Part shown: positions 1-11,585 of the stretch, piece after piece | Numbering within the stretch: the stretch's first letter is position 1 | How the letters are laid out: each line of letters starts with the position of its first letter | Source of the DNA: Selaginella moellendorffii | Taxonomy: Eukaryota > Plantae > Lycopodiophyta | Direction of reading: 5' to 3' | NCBI RefSeq assembly: GCF_000143415.4 | Contig: NW_003314263.1 | Coordinates: forward strand, 3,668,451 to 3,732,450 | Length of the DNA stretch: 64,000 nucleotides | Notes under the pieces: model-generated | The model's database searches: none | What the model was told of the DNA's origin: nothing | The model's input: the letters and a program-made list of their open reading frames with translations, nothing else | Made by a program: the position numbers and the translations under genes

Positions 1-2480
1 AGAAAGCAAAGAAGAGAAATCTGACTCTCACGTACTTGTGACGAAGGCTTTCGATATGGTCCTCGGCTGATTTAGTATCTCGCCGCCTTAAGGCGCCTTT
101 GCAGCTGCTAGAAAGGCAAAAATTAAGAATGTTAGACCTTCGACAAACTAGAGAATCGGTTTGGATTTTACACTCGAACTTGCCTTGTACATTTTCTGCT
201 AGAAACGTCATAAAGATCAGAAAATAGACAAGGAAAAAATATTTCCAGCGCAGTGTTAGGCTCGACCTCTAGGAGATCTTCCTCGTAATATGTCACGCCC
301 GATTGGCCGCATCCACCCGCTGCCAAGGCCGAAGCATTTTCCAAAGCTCAAAGATGATCTATCATTCATACTGACGGTTTCAAAACCGTTTCAAAACGGT
401 TTGACATAACGATCCAAGAAGCAGTAGAAAGCAAAGTTCTAGCTCGAGAATGGTAAGTCACAATCTTTTCAGCTCTTTTATAGTCATTTCTTTGGCGTGC
501 AGGATTTCTGCTTTGTGAAGGAATGTGTTGGCAAAGTGCTATCGAGGCGACATGACACGAAAGAGGCAATAGGAAGGGAAGATCCCTGGAGTTGATACTC
601 CTCAGGATCTTCATGAGGTAACGGCTTTCGATGTTGCATGAATCTCTGTTGTTGCTAGACGACTCTAAGATCTGACGTAAAGAAAGCAAAAAAAATGTCC
701 AGGGATAAATCCGAGCAAGAAGCAAAGCATCGCCTTCTTCCATCACATATAGTACGAGCACCCAACCTGCTCTGCATGGTTCATGTCGTCTGCCCGAAAG
801 TCCAATTGGCTGGCCAGCTTTTCCCGAGGCCCTGTAAAAAAGTGTGAAGAGCTTATTTACGTTCCAGCAGCCTTTCTAAGATGGAGCAGGCCGGGGGCCC
901 AGAGCTACTCGTCTTCGTTTTGGAGAGTGTTCTCTTATTTCCCTTGCTTCTCCTTTTTTTCTCTTGTTCTTCAGTCGTGAGATTCATGAGTTGAGTAAAC
1001 ACGCGACGCCGCAGCTACCTGGGAGATCGGGATCGAGATCTGTTAGCAGCGGAGAGACGCACACACGAGGAGGAAGAACTGTATATATATATCTGTATAT
1101 GATTGTGTACATATACATAAAGCTACTACCACGTGGGCATAACTACTGCCACATCATCTCTACCTCTAACACTCCCACTCACGATCAGGCGACTGATCCA
1201 AGTCTGAATCTAAGCTTGAATCGTGCCTAGCTAGTCTGAGATGATGAGCATGGAGAGCTGATGGTAAAAGCATATGAAAAACTCATCAATCAACTACCCA
1301 AAACTTGGTTCTTGGTCTTGTTCTTGCTTGCACACTCTTTGCTTCTTGCTATGGCTTCAATCTTGCCTCTAGCATGTGGTCTTGGCCGTGAACTGCCAGG
1401 CGCGACTAGGCACTTGAATCTCCATAAACATCCTTCCCAATTGCTGGAAATTCCTGCAAAGAATTGCTATGCAATGTTCTTGAATCTTGACCCAATTCTT
1501 GATGTGGGTTGTTGAAATCTCTCAATCTCCCACTGGCTTTGTTCTCTACTTGCTGCTGCTTGTTGCTCAGCACCTCTACACAGCCTGGTGCCTTGGTGCA
1601 ACGCCTCAAGCGTCCCAAACATTGCAAGAGGGATTGCAATCGGGAGGCTCATCCTCCTCCTCATCACTAGCCTCCTGGCCAGCAAGCGCCATTCTCAGGA
1701 TCAAGGAGCCAATTGCTCCGATACCATGTTAGCAGCGGAGAGACGCGCACACGAGGAGGAAGAACTATCGGGATGGAGATCTCGTGTTGACTTTTTGTTT
1801 TTGAGGAGCCCAGAAACATGCAATAGACGGATTGTCCCACCACTCAACAGACCATCTCATTTCTTCCCCCACATAGATTCGTTGTGGGAAAAAATAAGCG
1901 TTGCTGTTAATCGGGATTATACCAGCCAGGAAGATAATCCACCTTGTCCCACACTCCTTTAGCAATCGCTTTTCTATAATGTCCAATACACAAATCCAGT
2001 AACACCATAGGAGAAAATCGAGGCATGGGTGGCTGAGGTGCATGTTGTACACGTGTTTTTTAAATCCACTTGCTGGACAGACTGGGACGGCGAGTCGAGA
2101 AGCTGCACAAGCGCAAACTAAGTTTGCATCACCGTGCACTGTAGCCCCCAATCTCCGCTCGAGTTTGAAGCATCATGAACAACCTTGGCTGCCAAAGATG
2201 TTGGTCAGAATCCTCAAAAGTTCACGAGCACAAAAAGAATCTGGTGAACACTACTTAGGCTTGTTGGCTCAACGGTGTGAAGTCGGGGGTGTCACTGGTG
2301 TTGATCTAAAGAGGCTGACATTCCCTGTGGCATGCTGATGAGAACTCTGCCGATCACCTGGCTTCTATCCAAGCTTTCAAAGTACTCACCTCCATGAGTG
2401 GAACCACTGCACCATATATCGCCCTCGTCCAAGAGATGATCAAGAGCAGCGGCCTCAGCGTCACTAAGTCATTAAGCTTG
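1..2480. repeat. Partial third copy of the ~5.95-kb tandem duplication unit (F-box downstream flank)
   Basis: Aligns by eye to ~9720-11440 and ~15674-17428, with shared blocks such as ggctcgacctctaggagatcttcctcgtaat and gaagctgcacaagcgcaaactaagtttgc. Homology ends at aagtcattaagcttg (~2480). Confidence 0.9.
1041..1766 (-). mobile_element. Non-autonomous miniature LTR retroelement (TRIM-like, copia-type signals) with truncated 5' LTR
   Basis: 131-bp LTR TGTTAG...CTAACA at 1041-1171; PPT gtgagtgggag on the minus strand (1172-1182); tRNA-Met-type PBS tggtatcggagc on the minus strand (1715-1726); a second LTR remnant of 40 bp (1727-1766, one mismatch). The element is absent from the paralogous sites at ~10670-10700 and ~16655-16690. 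Confidence 0.88.
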
Positions 2481-3344
2481 CATTTGAAAGAATGTGGGCT
2501 TGAGTGTGGATTTATTCTCGGCTTATGTGTTGATGGCAGGAATGTACAAGACGTTGAGAGTCATCTTTAGAGTGCTGAGCTCAATATTCACCTTGTGAGA
2601 ATTGTCTGGCACTAAAAATATAAGCGCACTGATTGCCACAGGGAGATCATTCACCAAGAGAAATGGGAGTCCTTTCACAGGAATTAAGCTTGGCTAGAGA
2701 ACAAGCATTGAAACCTCTAGAAATGGGTTTATATGCACCAAAATAAAAAAAACATTAAAAGTGATTAAATTTTTTTGTAATTCACACTTACACATGCATT
2801 ACAATAGAAAAAAAAGTGTGTTTAAATTTGCACAAAATAAATAATCACAACACTTTAAATGAAATAAATAAACAAACAAACAAAATTTTGAAAGTCATGG
2901 GGGATTATTATTACTTTAGCTTGTATAATGGTAGCATAAAAATAAGACAATGCAACACTAAAATTCATTTTTCAGGTTTAATTAAAACTTCTAAAGTTTT
3001 TTCTATTTATTTATAATGTGCAGATTGTGCTGTTTGGAAAGAAGTGAAACAAATACACTCAAAGTGGTCATTTAAAAAACAAATTAACAAATATTTTCTA
3101 AAGTTGTAAAATCACTAACTATAATATTAATAGATTTGATTTCAAAGGTATTTTATAGTTTATGAGATTTATAATATTTTTACTTTTTTTTAACTATCGG
3201 TAATCAACCATAAATAAAAGGTAGAAAAAAGTACATTCAATATGATTTAATATTTGTAATATTTTTAACATATTTTATTTTTTTTGGAATTATATGCTAT
3301 TTATTTAAGTTGTTTGTATTATTCAAACAAAAAAAATGTAAGTT

Positions 3345-4250
3345 CAAATTAACACTAAAGTTTTTGCACTATTACATAAATTGTGCATAAAAGTAAAAAA
3401 AGGCAATAGTAGAAATATCAGCTTTAAATGAATATTTGAACTATAATATTTAATATTTAAATGCAAATTTAGTAAAGAATATAATATGTTGCGAAGATTT
3501 CTAAAAAAGTACTTTCAATATTGATAGAATAACTTCATGTAAAAATTTTGTAATGTTTAATGAGTATTTTTACTCATTAGTTTTGGGGTCATTCACCATG
3601 TTTAGTCTCGGTTCTTGGCGGAATTGCGACTCTATCGGCCATCTCAAACCCATCTTTACTGGCATAATATTTTAATCTCGATAAATAACTAAGGTTGTGA
3701 AGGAGCATGATGTAACTATTTATAATGATCAAATACTGTAAAAGAATTATTTTAGTTAAATTGTTACCTTTTATATTAATTGTGTATTATTACAAATTTT
3801 TAGTTATAACGAATTTTATTGTTACTTTCAACTATCTATATATAAATAAAATTATACTATAAAGGAAAGTCATTTAAGAGATGTTACTATTTTTATATAG
3901 CTACAGTGTGTTTGAGCTTTATTTCTTTTTAATTAGCAGCAAAATTTAAATAAAATTTATTTTTTATATAATTTAATATTTGTAATACTTATAATATAAA
4001 ACTTTTTCTTTAGTTGTTAGTGTTTATATGCACAATTGAGATTGTAAAAGATTCAAATTCAATTTAACACCAAATTTTTACATTATTACATAAATTATGC
4101 ATAAAAGTTAAAAAAGAAATACTATAAATGTCAGTTTTAAATGAATATGTGAATTATAGTACTCAAAATTTAAGTGCAAATTTATTAAAAAACATAATTT
4201 GTTGTAAAGATTTTCTAAAATTCTTTTAAAAATAAAAATACTTTTAACAT
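3345..4250. repeat. Diverged ~200-bp direct repeats in AT-rich intergenic DNA (probable decayed transposon)
   Basis: ~3345-3530 (tattacataaattgtgcataaaagt...tttaaatgaatatttgaac) matches ~4060-4250 (tattacataaattatgcataaaagt...tttaaatgaatatgtgaat). Confidence 0.6.
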
Positions 4251-4375
4251 TAATAAAATATTTTTAAGAATTTTTTTTAATTAAAATGTTTGATTAAATA
4301 TTTTATTATAAAGACTTAACGGTATAAAAGGAGTACAAACTTTAAGCATCTTTTATCCCCGTGGGGAAGTTTTTC

Positions 4376-5233
4376 ATGGTGCAAGAGGCGGCAAGAAGAA
4401 GACGAGGAAGAAAAAAGATGCCAAGATTTGTGTAGCTATTCTAGTGATGAATCGGAGGATCCTGGAGTTGAGAGCCCTGGTGTGGAATTTGGGCTCGCAT
4501 TCGCATCCAAGCACCGCGCCATCTAGCCGCTGGGGAATCTCCTCTTCACGGGCAAGCAAAATATTCGTGATCCAGGGCTTGGGAGTCTCCAGCGTCTCAG
4601 CGATGAGATAGTCAGTGATATTCTGGCGCTGCTGGATGCCAAGGATCTGGCTCGGTCAGGCGTCTCGAGCGAGGCATTCTATGTTTTCAGCCACCAGGAA
4701 GCGCTGTGTGGCGGAATTTGGTCCTCGCGGAGCTGAAAGGAGGAATTTTTTTTTCCAAGGGCTGGAGAAAGACTTATGTCTCAGCTCGATCAGCTTGGAC
4801 AAAGGTAAGTTGTTCTTTGAAAACTTTGTTCTTGGAAGAAGGTTTTGATTTGTTTCTTTCCATTCAAGAAGAGGACTTCTCTTACGTCTCAGCTCGATCG
4901 GCTTGTACTAGGGTGAAGTGTTCTTTGAGACTTTGTTCTTGGAAGAAGGTTTTGATAGTTTTTGCTTCTTTCCATTCAGGAAGAAGATTTCTCTTACGTC
5001 TCAGCCCGATCGGCTTGTAAGAAGGTGAAGTGTTCTTTGAGACTTTGTTCTTGGAAGAAAGTTTTGATAGTTACCTTATACGACAAGTTCAAATCCAGGT
5101 ACGAGGAGCTTCGTCCCGGGTCTCTAGAACAGCTCTGGAACGAGATAAACGCTCGGGAGTCTCAAACTTTGAGCGGCCTGTTTGGGAAAGTATAACTTCT
5201 GGCGGTGGTTTTGGATTCAATTTCGGCAGTTGA
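4376..5233 (+). pseudogene. JMJ22: F-box/JmjC protein (JMJ22/At5g06550-like) pseudogene lacking the JmjC domain
   Basis: Manual translation gives *PLGNLLFTGKQNIRDPGLGSLQRLSDEIVSDILALL...FYVFSHQEAL / WRNLVLAELKGGIFFSKGWRKTYVSA (N-terminal F-box region) and LYDKFKSRYEELRPGSLEQL...WESITSGGGFGFNF (C-terminus). Lesions: premature TAG at 4524, frameshift near 4705, central domain missing. Recognised from memory of the family. Confidence 0.75.
4773..5072 (+). repeat. Three tandem ~110-bp units (mini exon + intron)
   Basis: Repeated cttacgtctcagctcgatcggcttg...gtgaagtgttctttgagactttgttcttggaagaaggttttgat at ~4773, ~4881 and ~4993. Confidence 0.9.
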
Positions 5234-5363
5234 GAGGTAAAGATTCGAAGACATTATGTTTTTGGAGTTCATTGTTTTCTCTTGCAGTTATGGAGACAAA
5301 CAAAGAATATTGCAAAAGTTTGTTAGACAACTCCATAAGAAGTTGCATTGCCTTTTTAAGCTC

Positions 5364-6244
5364 TTAAAGAACAAACTTCATTGTCGGCCTGCTACTTCCG
5401 TCGAACTGTAAGCTCAGAGCTGCCAAGTTTGCAACTTTTGCAACGCACTCCAGCATTTCTGGAGTTCTAGCATCCAACCTCTTGTCGATCAACTCGCTGA
5501 TGGCTCCTCTTTTTATGACGCTCATTGCAAATGTGGACAGGTTTTTATCTGAAGCACAGCGAGAGAAGTCTACAGGCATCTGACCTGTTATTAGCTCCAA
5601 GATGACTACTCCAAAGCTGTAAACGTCGCTCTTATCTGTAAGCTGATAGCTTTGCTGGTACTATCTATGTAACCCAGTGTTCCATGCAGAGTTGTGGAAA
5701 TGTGAGTGGAATCTATGGGTACCAGCTTGGAAATCCCAAAGCCCGCTACTTTGGCCGTGAGTTTTTCGTCCAACAAGATGTTGGAGGATTTGACGTCCCG
5801 GTGATATATCAGTGGAGAAGCTGCAAAGTGAAGGTACGTAAGAGCCACTGCTGTCTCTGTCGCAATTCTTAAACGGTTTTTCCACGATAACGTATCTCCT
5901 CGTTTGTGCAGATGCTCGTACAGTGTTCCTCTTGGCACGAACTCGTAGACCACGAGAGGTACTTCGCTTTCTACGCAACATCCCATCACCTTGACGAGAT
6001 TTCTGTGTTTCACTTTGGAGAGGATGGTAACCTCGTTTAGAAACTGTTGAATGCGAGGGGCATTGCCGTTGTTGGCTTTCTTGATGGCCACCGTGGTGCC
6101 CCCTTGTAGACTGCCAAAGCTGCCAGTGCCTAGCTTGAGGTCGCTTCTGAAGCACTTGGTTGTTCCCCCCATCTCTCCCCAGGTAAAGATGCTTGAGTTT
6201 TCTTTGAAAATGGCCAAGTTTCTAGTGCCTGGCAGTGCGGACAA
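5364..6244 (-). pseudogene. WAK-like/receptor-like kinase domain pseudogene
   Basis: Motifs LGTGSFG, VAIKKA, QFLNEVTILSKVKHRNLVK and YHRDVKSSNILLD. DFG is altered to GFG, there is a frameshift near 5665, and the second frame (ELITGQMPVDF...RPTMKFVL*) ends prematurely. Confidence 0.85.
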
Positions 6245-6983
6245 TTTCGGCCGGAACTTCCAGAGAACAAATCCAAAAATGAGAAGAGCTGGTGCTGATG
6301 ATCAACGTGGAAGACACGTTTAAAGAGCAAGCTCTGTTCTCTAAGTCACGAGCTTATCGCTTTATCGCGCAGCCACCAGTCAAGGATCGTGTGCAACGAA
6401 GGAACATCATTTCGTTGCAAGTGTTTCGCGGGGTACGAAGGAAATGGTACCCGAGGCTACAGTGATCAACCAGGGAAAAGAAACCGCAGCTGAGAATGTT
6501 TCCAAGTGCGCAGAGAAGAAACGGGAGTTTTATCAGAACGCCAAGAAGGTGCAAAAGTATAATAAGAGGCTGAAGGAGCTCGATCCTCAAGTTTTGTAGG
6601 TACCTCTCTTTTAGAAAACGTAGTTTCTTTTAGAAACCTGAAGAGCCAGAAGGTAGAGAACGAAGATGGTGCCAGTGCCAGCCATAGCCAGAGTGGTGGA
6701 AGACAGGAGAGCAACTTCAGCTCCATCGAGAGGCTGAGGAACGAGTGTGAGATGAAGCAGAAGCCGCGAAGGAAGAGCGAGCAAAGGAAACTGCGGCAAG
6801 GCAGCAGGCTCGAGAGGAATCCGAACCAACGCCAAGATGTTAAAGAAAACTAGCCATGAAATTCCTAGTGGTACTTCATCACAAAAGGCATTGTCTATTA
6901 AAGCTTGTTTGCTTAAGCAAAACAACCTAATCACAAAAATGTCATGCGGAGATAAAGGGTTGGCGCAGCAAAAGGGAAAAGGC

Positions 6984-9296
6984 ATGGATTCGGTTGAGCT
7001 CCTGCAGGATATAGAGGCTTGCGACGAGCTACTGGATTCAAGGATCAACATACTCGAGTTCGTGCCACTGAGCACCATTGGCAGTGAGGATCAGGGAGGC
7101 TCTGATTTGAGGTTCCACACTTGGGCGCTTGTGCTTAACACACCCAAGGGTCAGTTCCTGGTATGGAACAAGAACAGGAACAGCTGCAGGATCAGCCGCA
7201 TCCTCATCGCTTGCCACTGGAAGAACAGAGTTGCTAGTGACGGTGGACCACTCGTGGCACTGTGGAGCATGCGCCGGCAGCTCATCATCTTGGATGTTTC
7301 GACTGGCATGGCTTGCATCTGTCCATCTCCACCAGAGCTTGTGACCAGCTCCTCCTCGTCCTTGGTCTTGAGCACATCTGCGCTTGGATCCAGCCTTGAC
7401 AAGTTCCAGCTCCTGGTTGTCTATAGCGATTCAGCTTTGGCCCCCCAGCACAGCTTTCTCATCACTTCTGCTATCTTCGATTCAACAACTGGGATGTGGA
7501 GAGTTAAGTCTCGTTATTCTCCTGGATTCACTTGTCGCGAGACCACCGTGTATGGTGACTCCCGGTGGCCTGGATACAGTGCACTGGCGGGTGGCTTTCT
7601 TCATGTCATGTTTTGTGAGCCCTCTTCCTGGTGGAACACACCGTGCGTGAGATATGATTTGGAAAGGGATGAGTGGTGCAGGGAACCAGTGTGGACGGTC
7701 AAATGGAGTCAAGGCCAGGTCAAGAACATGAGAGTGCATTACTCGGAAGAGACATGGCGGATTAACGCTGATGGCCTACCTCAAGACTTGGTTAATCTTC
7801 AGCCGCCACTGGAAGTGGGTGTGGCTAACATTACACGGCGCTCGGATGGCGTCTTTCTTTATGCCTTCTTTACTTGCCAGGGATGCGTGAAGATTGTTTA
7901 CATCCATGATTTTGAGGCTGGAATTTGGTATGCTCATCGCTATCGAAGGTTGAGGGACTTGCTCAAACTGAAGCCAGTCAAGTCACTTGATTATAATCAT
8001 GGAGAGAATGTTGATGGCCAGAAGTGGTCCAATCTGCCTACTGACCTTCTGCAGCAAGTCGCGCAACTCTTGTGCACTGTCAGGGATATTAGAGCACTGA
8101 GCATGGTATGCCACAACTGGCGCAGGACAGGCCAACGTTTGCTCAAGCGATATCAAGAGCCCGCCCTTGTCTTCTGGAACAAGAAACACAGCGAGTTATG
8201 CTTCTTTAGGTCCGATAAAGGCTGGTCAAGGATGATCAGAGACAAGAACTTTGCCCACCGTGCTCCCTTAATCACACACGGTCCCCTCTTAATCTCGTGG
8301 GAGGGGAGCACCTTTTATGTTACCAACGTTCTCAAGAAAATCTTCTCGACAAAGCGAGTAATGGCTCCGAGTCCGGAAATGGAACGTATCCTCAGGGTTG
8401 CATGCATAAGTCAAGAAAAGCTGCTGGTCATTTTCTATACTGAGTTAAAGGAGGTAGCTCCTGCAGTGGTTAGCTTCAATAATTCAACTCGTCCACAGTG
8501 GCAAGTTGGAAATTCTCGCAGGGGCATTGCTACATTGACACCAGTGGAGACTTTCTTTAATGAGCGCCTACCATGGCCTCCAGCTGATGAATGTGGCGCT
8601 AGGGACGCTGAGAATGTCATCCTGCTTGGGTCATATGCATACTTCATGCTGGATAGGGTGGTAGCATCCCAGAGGCAGACGGTTTTTCAATACAACTGGG
8701 AAAGTGATGAGTGGGTTTCTCAGGAGCAAGTTCAAACCTCATGCCGTGACTGCCATGACTTCTGCGCATACAGCTATCAGTTTCACGTAAAGTCTCCACT
8801 CATTCAACTGAATGGACGACCGGCAATCGTGCGACCCACAATGGAAATCTGGTTTCTGGCCGACCCTGGCGGAAAATGCATCGCCAAGATTCCCCAGGAG
8901 ACATGGGAAAAACTGATTCAAGTGTTAGACACTTCATATGAATACACTTATTTATGGGCAGTGGGTAACATTACGGCTCCGAGAATCGTCGTCGTCTCCG
9001 TACACCAGTGTACCACCTCGGTTCATATGGTGTGCAGCATCAGGAATACTCTAGTGGCCATCATTGTTTGGGAGTTTGTACTGGGTTTGTGGGATGTCAT
9101 CCCCTACTCCAACAGGGAAGATCGGCTGTGGCTCAAGTCCAAGTATTTTGCCGTTTGCTTGGAGCAGAACAGCTTGGTTATGAAGCACTTGCTAAGAAGA
9201 TCATGGTTTGACTTCCTGACCGTACCTTGGCACTTGAGAAGCAGGGACAGACGTTTTATAGAGCCGTACATTTTGTCAAGGGCGATGGAGATATGA
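6984..9296 (+). CDS. Intronless F-box-domain protein, 770 aa (copy A)
   Basis: Long ORF with internal F-box motif WSNLPTDLLQQVAQLLCTVRDIRALSMVCHNWR followed by a beta-rich interaction-type region. Start placed at MDSVELL because homology with the paralog begins there. Confidence 0.8.
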   Translation: MDSVELLQDIEACDELLDSRINILEFVPLSTIGSEDQGGSDLRFHTWALVLNTPKGQFLVWNKNRNSCRISRILIACHWKNRVASDGGPLVALWSMRRQLIILDVSTGMACICPSPPELVTSSSSSLVLSTSALGSSLDKFQLLVVYSDSALAPQHSFLITSAIFDSTTGMWRVKSRYSPGFTCRETTVYGDSRWPGYSALAGGFLHVMFCEPSSWWNTPCVRYDLERDEWCREPVWTVKWSQGQVKNMRVHYSEETWRINADGLPQDLVNLQPPLEVGVANITRRSDGVFLYAFFTCQGCVKIVYIHDFEAGIWYAHRYRRLRDLLKLKPVKSLDYNHGENVDGQKWSNLPTDLLQQVAQLLCTVRDIRALSMVCHNWRRTGQRLLKRYQEPALVFWNKKHSELCFFRSDKGWSRMIRDKNFAHRAPLITHGPLLISWEGSTFYVTNVLKKIFSTKRVMAPSPEMERILRVACISQEKLLVIFYTELKEVAPAVVSFNNSTRPQWQVGNSRRGIATLTPVETFFNERLPWPPADECGARDAENVILLGSYAYFMLDRVVASQRQTVFQYNWESDEWVSQEQVQTSCRDCHDFCAYSYQFHVKSPLIQLNGRPAIVRPTMEIWFLADPGGKCIAKIPQETWEKLIQVLDTSYEYTYLWAVGNITAPRIVVVSVHQCTTSVHMVCSIRNTLVAIIVWEFVLGLWDVIPYSNREDRLWLKSKYFAVCLEQNSLVMKHLLRRSWFDFLTVPWHLRSRDRRFIEPYILSRAMEI

Positions 9297-11460
9297 ATCT
9301 CTTGAATATGTATACATTTTCATCCTCGTCACAATCCAACGATTTGCATGAAAGTTTGAGAGTGAAGAACGTTCAAACTTAAAAACGAGCCAATTTTCTG
9401 AAGAATCTCAATGGACGCGTTTGCGGCAGGGAAATCTCGGCCTCTGATCACCAGTCGTCAATCACATTTTAGTTTTTCTGTTGCCAAACAAAAATAAGAA
9501 GCTGCTTCAAGTTAGTAAAGTACCTATAGAGCAGCACTAACTTTCTATCAGGGTGGTGGACTTTATTCCCTCTTCTTAAGGCTGAAAGAAACAAGAATGC
9601 GAATTTATACAAAGAGAAAGATGTTTAAGAAACTACTCAAGCGCATAATGCTTGCCATATTTACTTCTTATTGGATGATGTATATATATTCGATTGATTA
9701 ATTTGTTCTTTTTTTAAAAGAAAGCAAAGAAGACTCACGTACTTGCGACGAAGGCTGTCGATCTGGTCCTCGGCTGATTTGGTATCTCGCCGCCTTAAGG
9801 CGCCTTTGCAGCTGCTAGAAAGGAAAAAGTAAAGAATGTTAGATCTTCGACAAACTAGAGAATCGATTTGGATTTTACACTGAAACTTGCCTTGTACATC
9901 TTCTGCTAGCAACGTCATAAAGATCAAAAAATAGACAAGGAAAAATTATTTCCAGCGCAGTGTTAGGCTCGACCTCTAGGAGATCTTCCTCGTAATATCT
10001 TCCACGCCCGATTGGCCGCAAAGCATTCTCCAAAGCTTAGAAGATGATCTATCATTCATATCGACGTAACGATCCAAGCAGCAGTAGGAAGCAAAGTTCT
10101 AGCTCGAGAATGGTAAGTCACAATCTTTTCAGCTCTTTTACAGTCATTTCTTTGGCGTGCAGGATTTCTGCTTTGAGAAGGAATGTGTTGGCAAAGTGCT
10201 ATCGAGGCGACATGACACGAAAGAGGCAATAGGAAGGGAAGATCCCTGGAGTTGATACTCCTCAGGATCTTCATGAGGTAACGGCTTTCGATGTTGCATG
10301 AATCTCTGTTGTTGCTAGACGACTCTAAGATCTGACGTAAAGAAAGCAAAAAAAATGTCCAGGGATAAATCCGAGCAAGAAGCAAAGCATCGCCTTCTTC
10401 CATCACATATAGTACGAGCACCCAACCTGCTCTGCATGGTTCATGTCGTCTGCCCGAAAGTCCAATTGGCTGGCCAGCTTTTCCCGAGGCCCTGTAAAAA
10501 AGTGTGAAGAGCTTATATTTACGTTCCAGCATTCTAAGCTGGGGCAGGCCGGGGGTCCAGAGCTACTCTTCTTCGTTTTGGAGAGTGTTCTCTTACTTTC
10601 CTTGCTTCTCCTTTTTTTCTCTCCCTGTTCTTCAGTCGTGAGATTCATGAGTTAAACACGCGACACCTGGGAGATCGGGATCGAGATCGGGATGGAGATC
10701 TCGTGCTGACTTTTTGTTTTCGAGGAGCCCAGCAACATGCAATAGACGGATTGTCCCACCACTCAATAGACCATCTCATTTCTTCCCCCACATAGATTCG
10801 TTGCGGGGAAAAAATAAGCGCTGCTGTTGGCCATCCCAACTCCATAATAGGGATTATACCAGCCAGGAAGATAATCCACCTTGTCCCACACTCCTTTAGC
10901 AATCGCTTTTCTATAATTTCCAATATACAAATCCAGTAATACCGTGGGAGAAAATCGAGGCAGGTATACAAACTTCCATGCATGTTTCACACGTGTTTTT
11001 AATCCAGGAGCTCTACTGCTACTTGCTGGACGGACTGGGACGGCGAGTCGAGAAGCTGCACAAGCGGCTGTACAGAGCGAGAACGCAAACTAAGTTTGCG
11101 TCACCGTGCACTGTAGCCCCCAATCTCGAGTTTGCAGCATCGTGAACAACCTTGGCCGCCAAAGATGTTGGGCAGAATCCTCAAAAGTTCACGAGCACAA
11201 AAGGAATCTGGCAAGGACTACTTAGGCTTGTTGGCTCAAAGGTGTGAAGGCAGGGACTGGTATTGGTCTAAAGAGGCTGACATTCCCTGTGCCATGCTGA
11301 CGAGAACTCTGCTTCTATCCGAGCTTTCAAAGTACTCACTGCTCCACGATTGGAACCACAGCACCATATATCGCCCTCTTGCTCGTCGTCCAAGAGATTA
11401 TCAGAGAGCCTGAGCAGCGGCCTCGGAGGTACTAAGCTTGAAATTTTTCTCAAATGGGAC

Positions 11461-11570
11461 AAGTTCGAATCCTGGGACTTACAAGTCTCAAGTTCGAATC
11501 CCGGGACGTGTAGGATCTCCAGTTCGAATCCCAGGACGTACGAGGTTTCAAGTTCGATACCCTAGACTAG
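11461..11570 (+). repeat. Four ~30-bp tandem units, each with a GTTCGAATCC-like core
   Basis: aagttcgaatcctggg / aagttcgaatcccggg / agttcgaatcccagg / aagttcgataccc. Related copies at ~12488-12535, ~12725-12765 (inverted) and ~17457-17520. Confidence 0.8.
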
Positions 11571-11585
11571 AAATTCTTTAAACTC

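Noticed and set aside
6837-6983. 49-aa N-terminal extension of F-box copy A
   Set aside because: Not shared with the paralog, whose homology begins ~15 bp before MDSVELL. Probably a chance open frame, though not excluded.
11461-11570. tRNA gene or CRISPR-like array
   Set aside because: Only the T-loop-like motif recurs. There is no cloverleaf, no unique spacers of constant length, and the context is eukaryotic.
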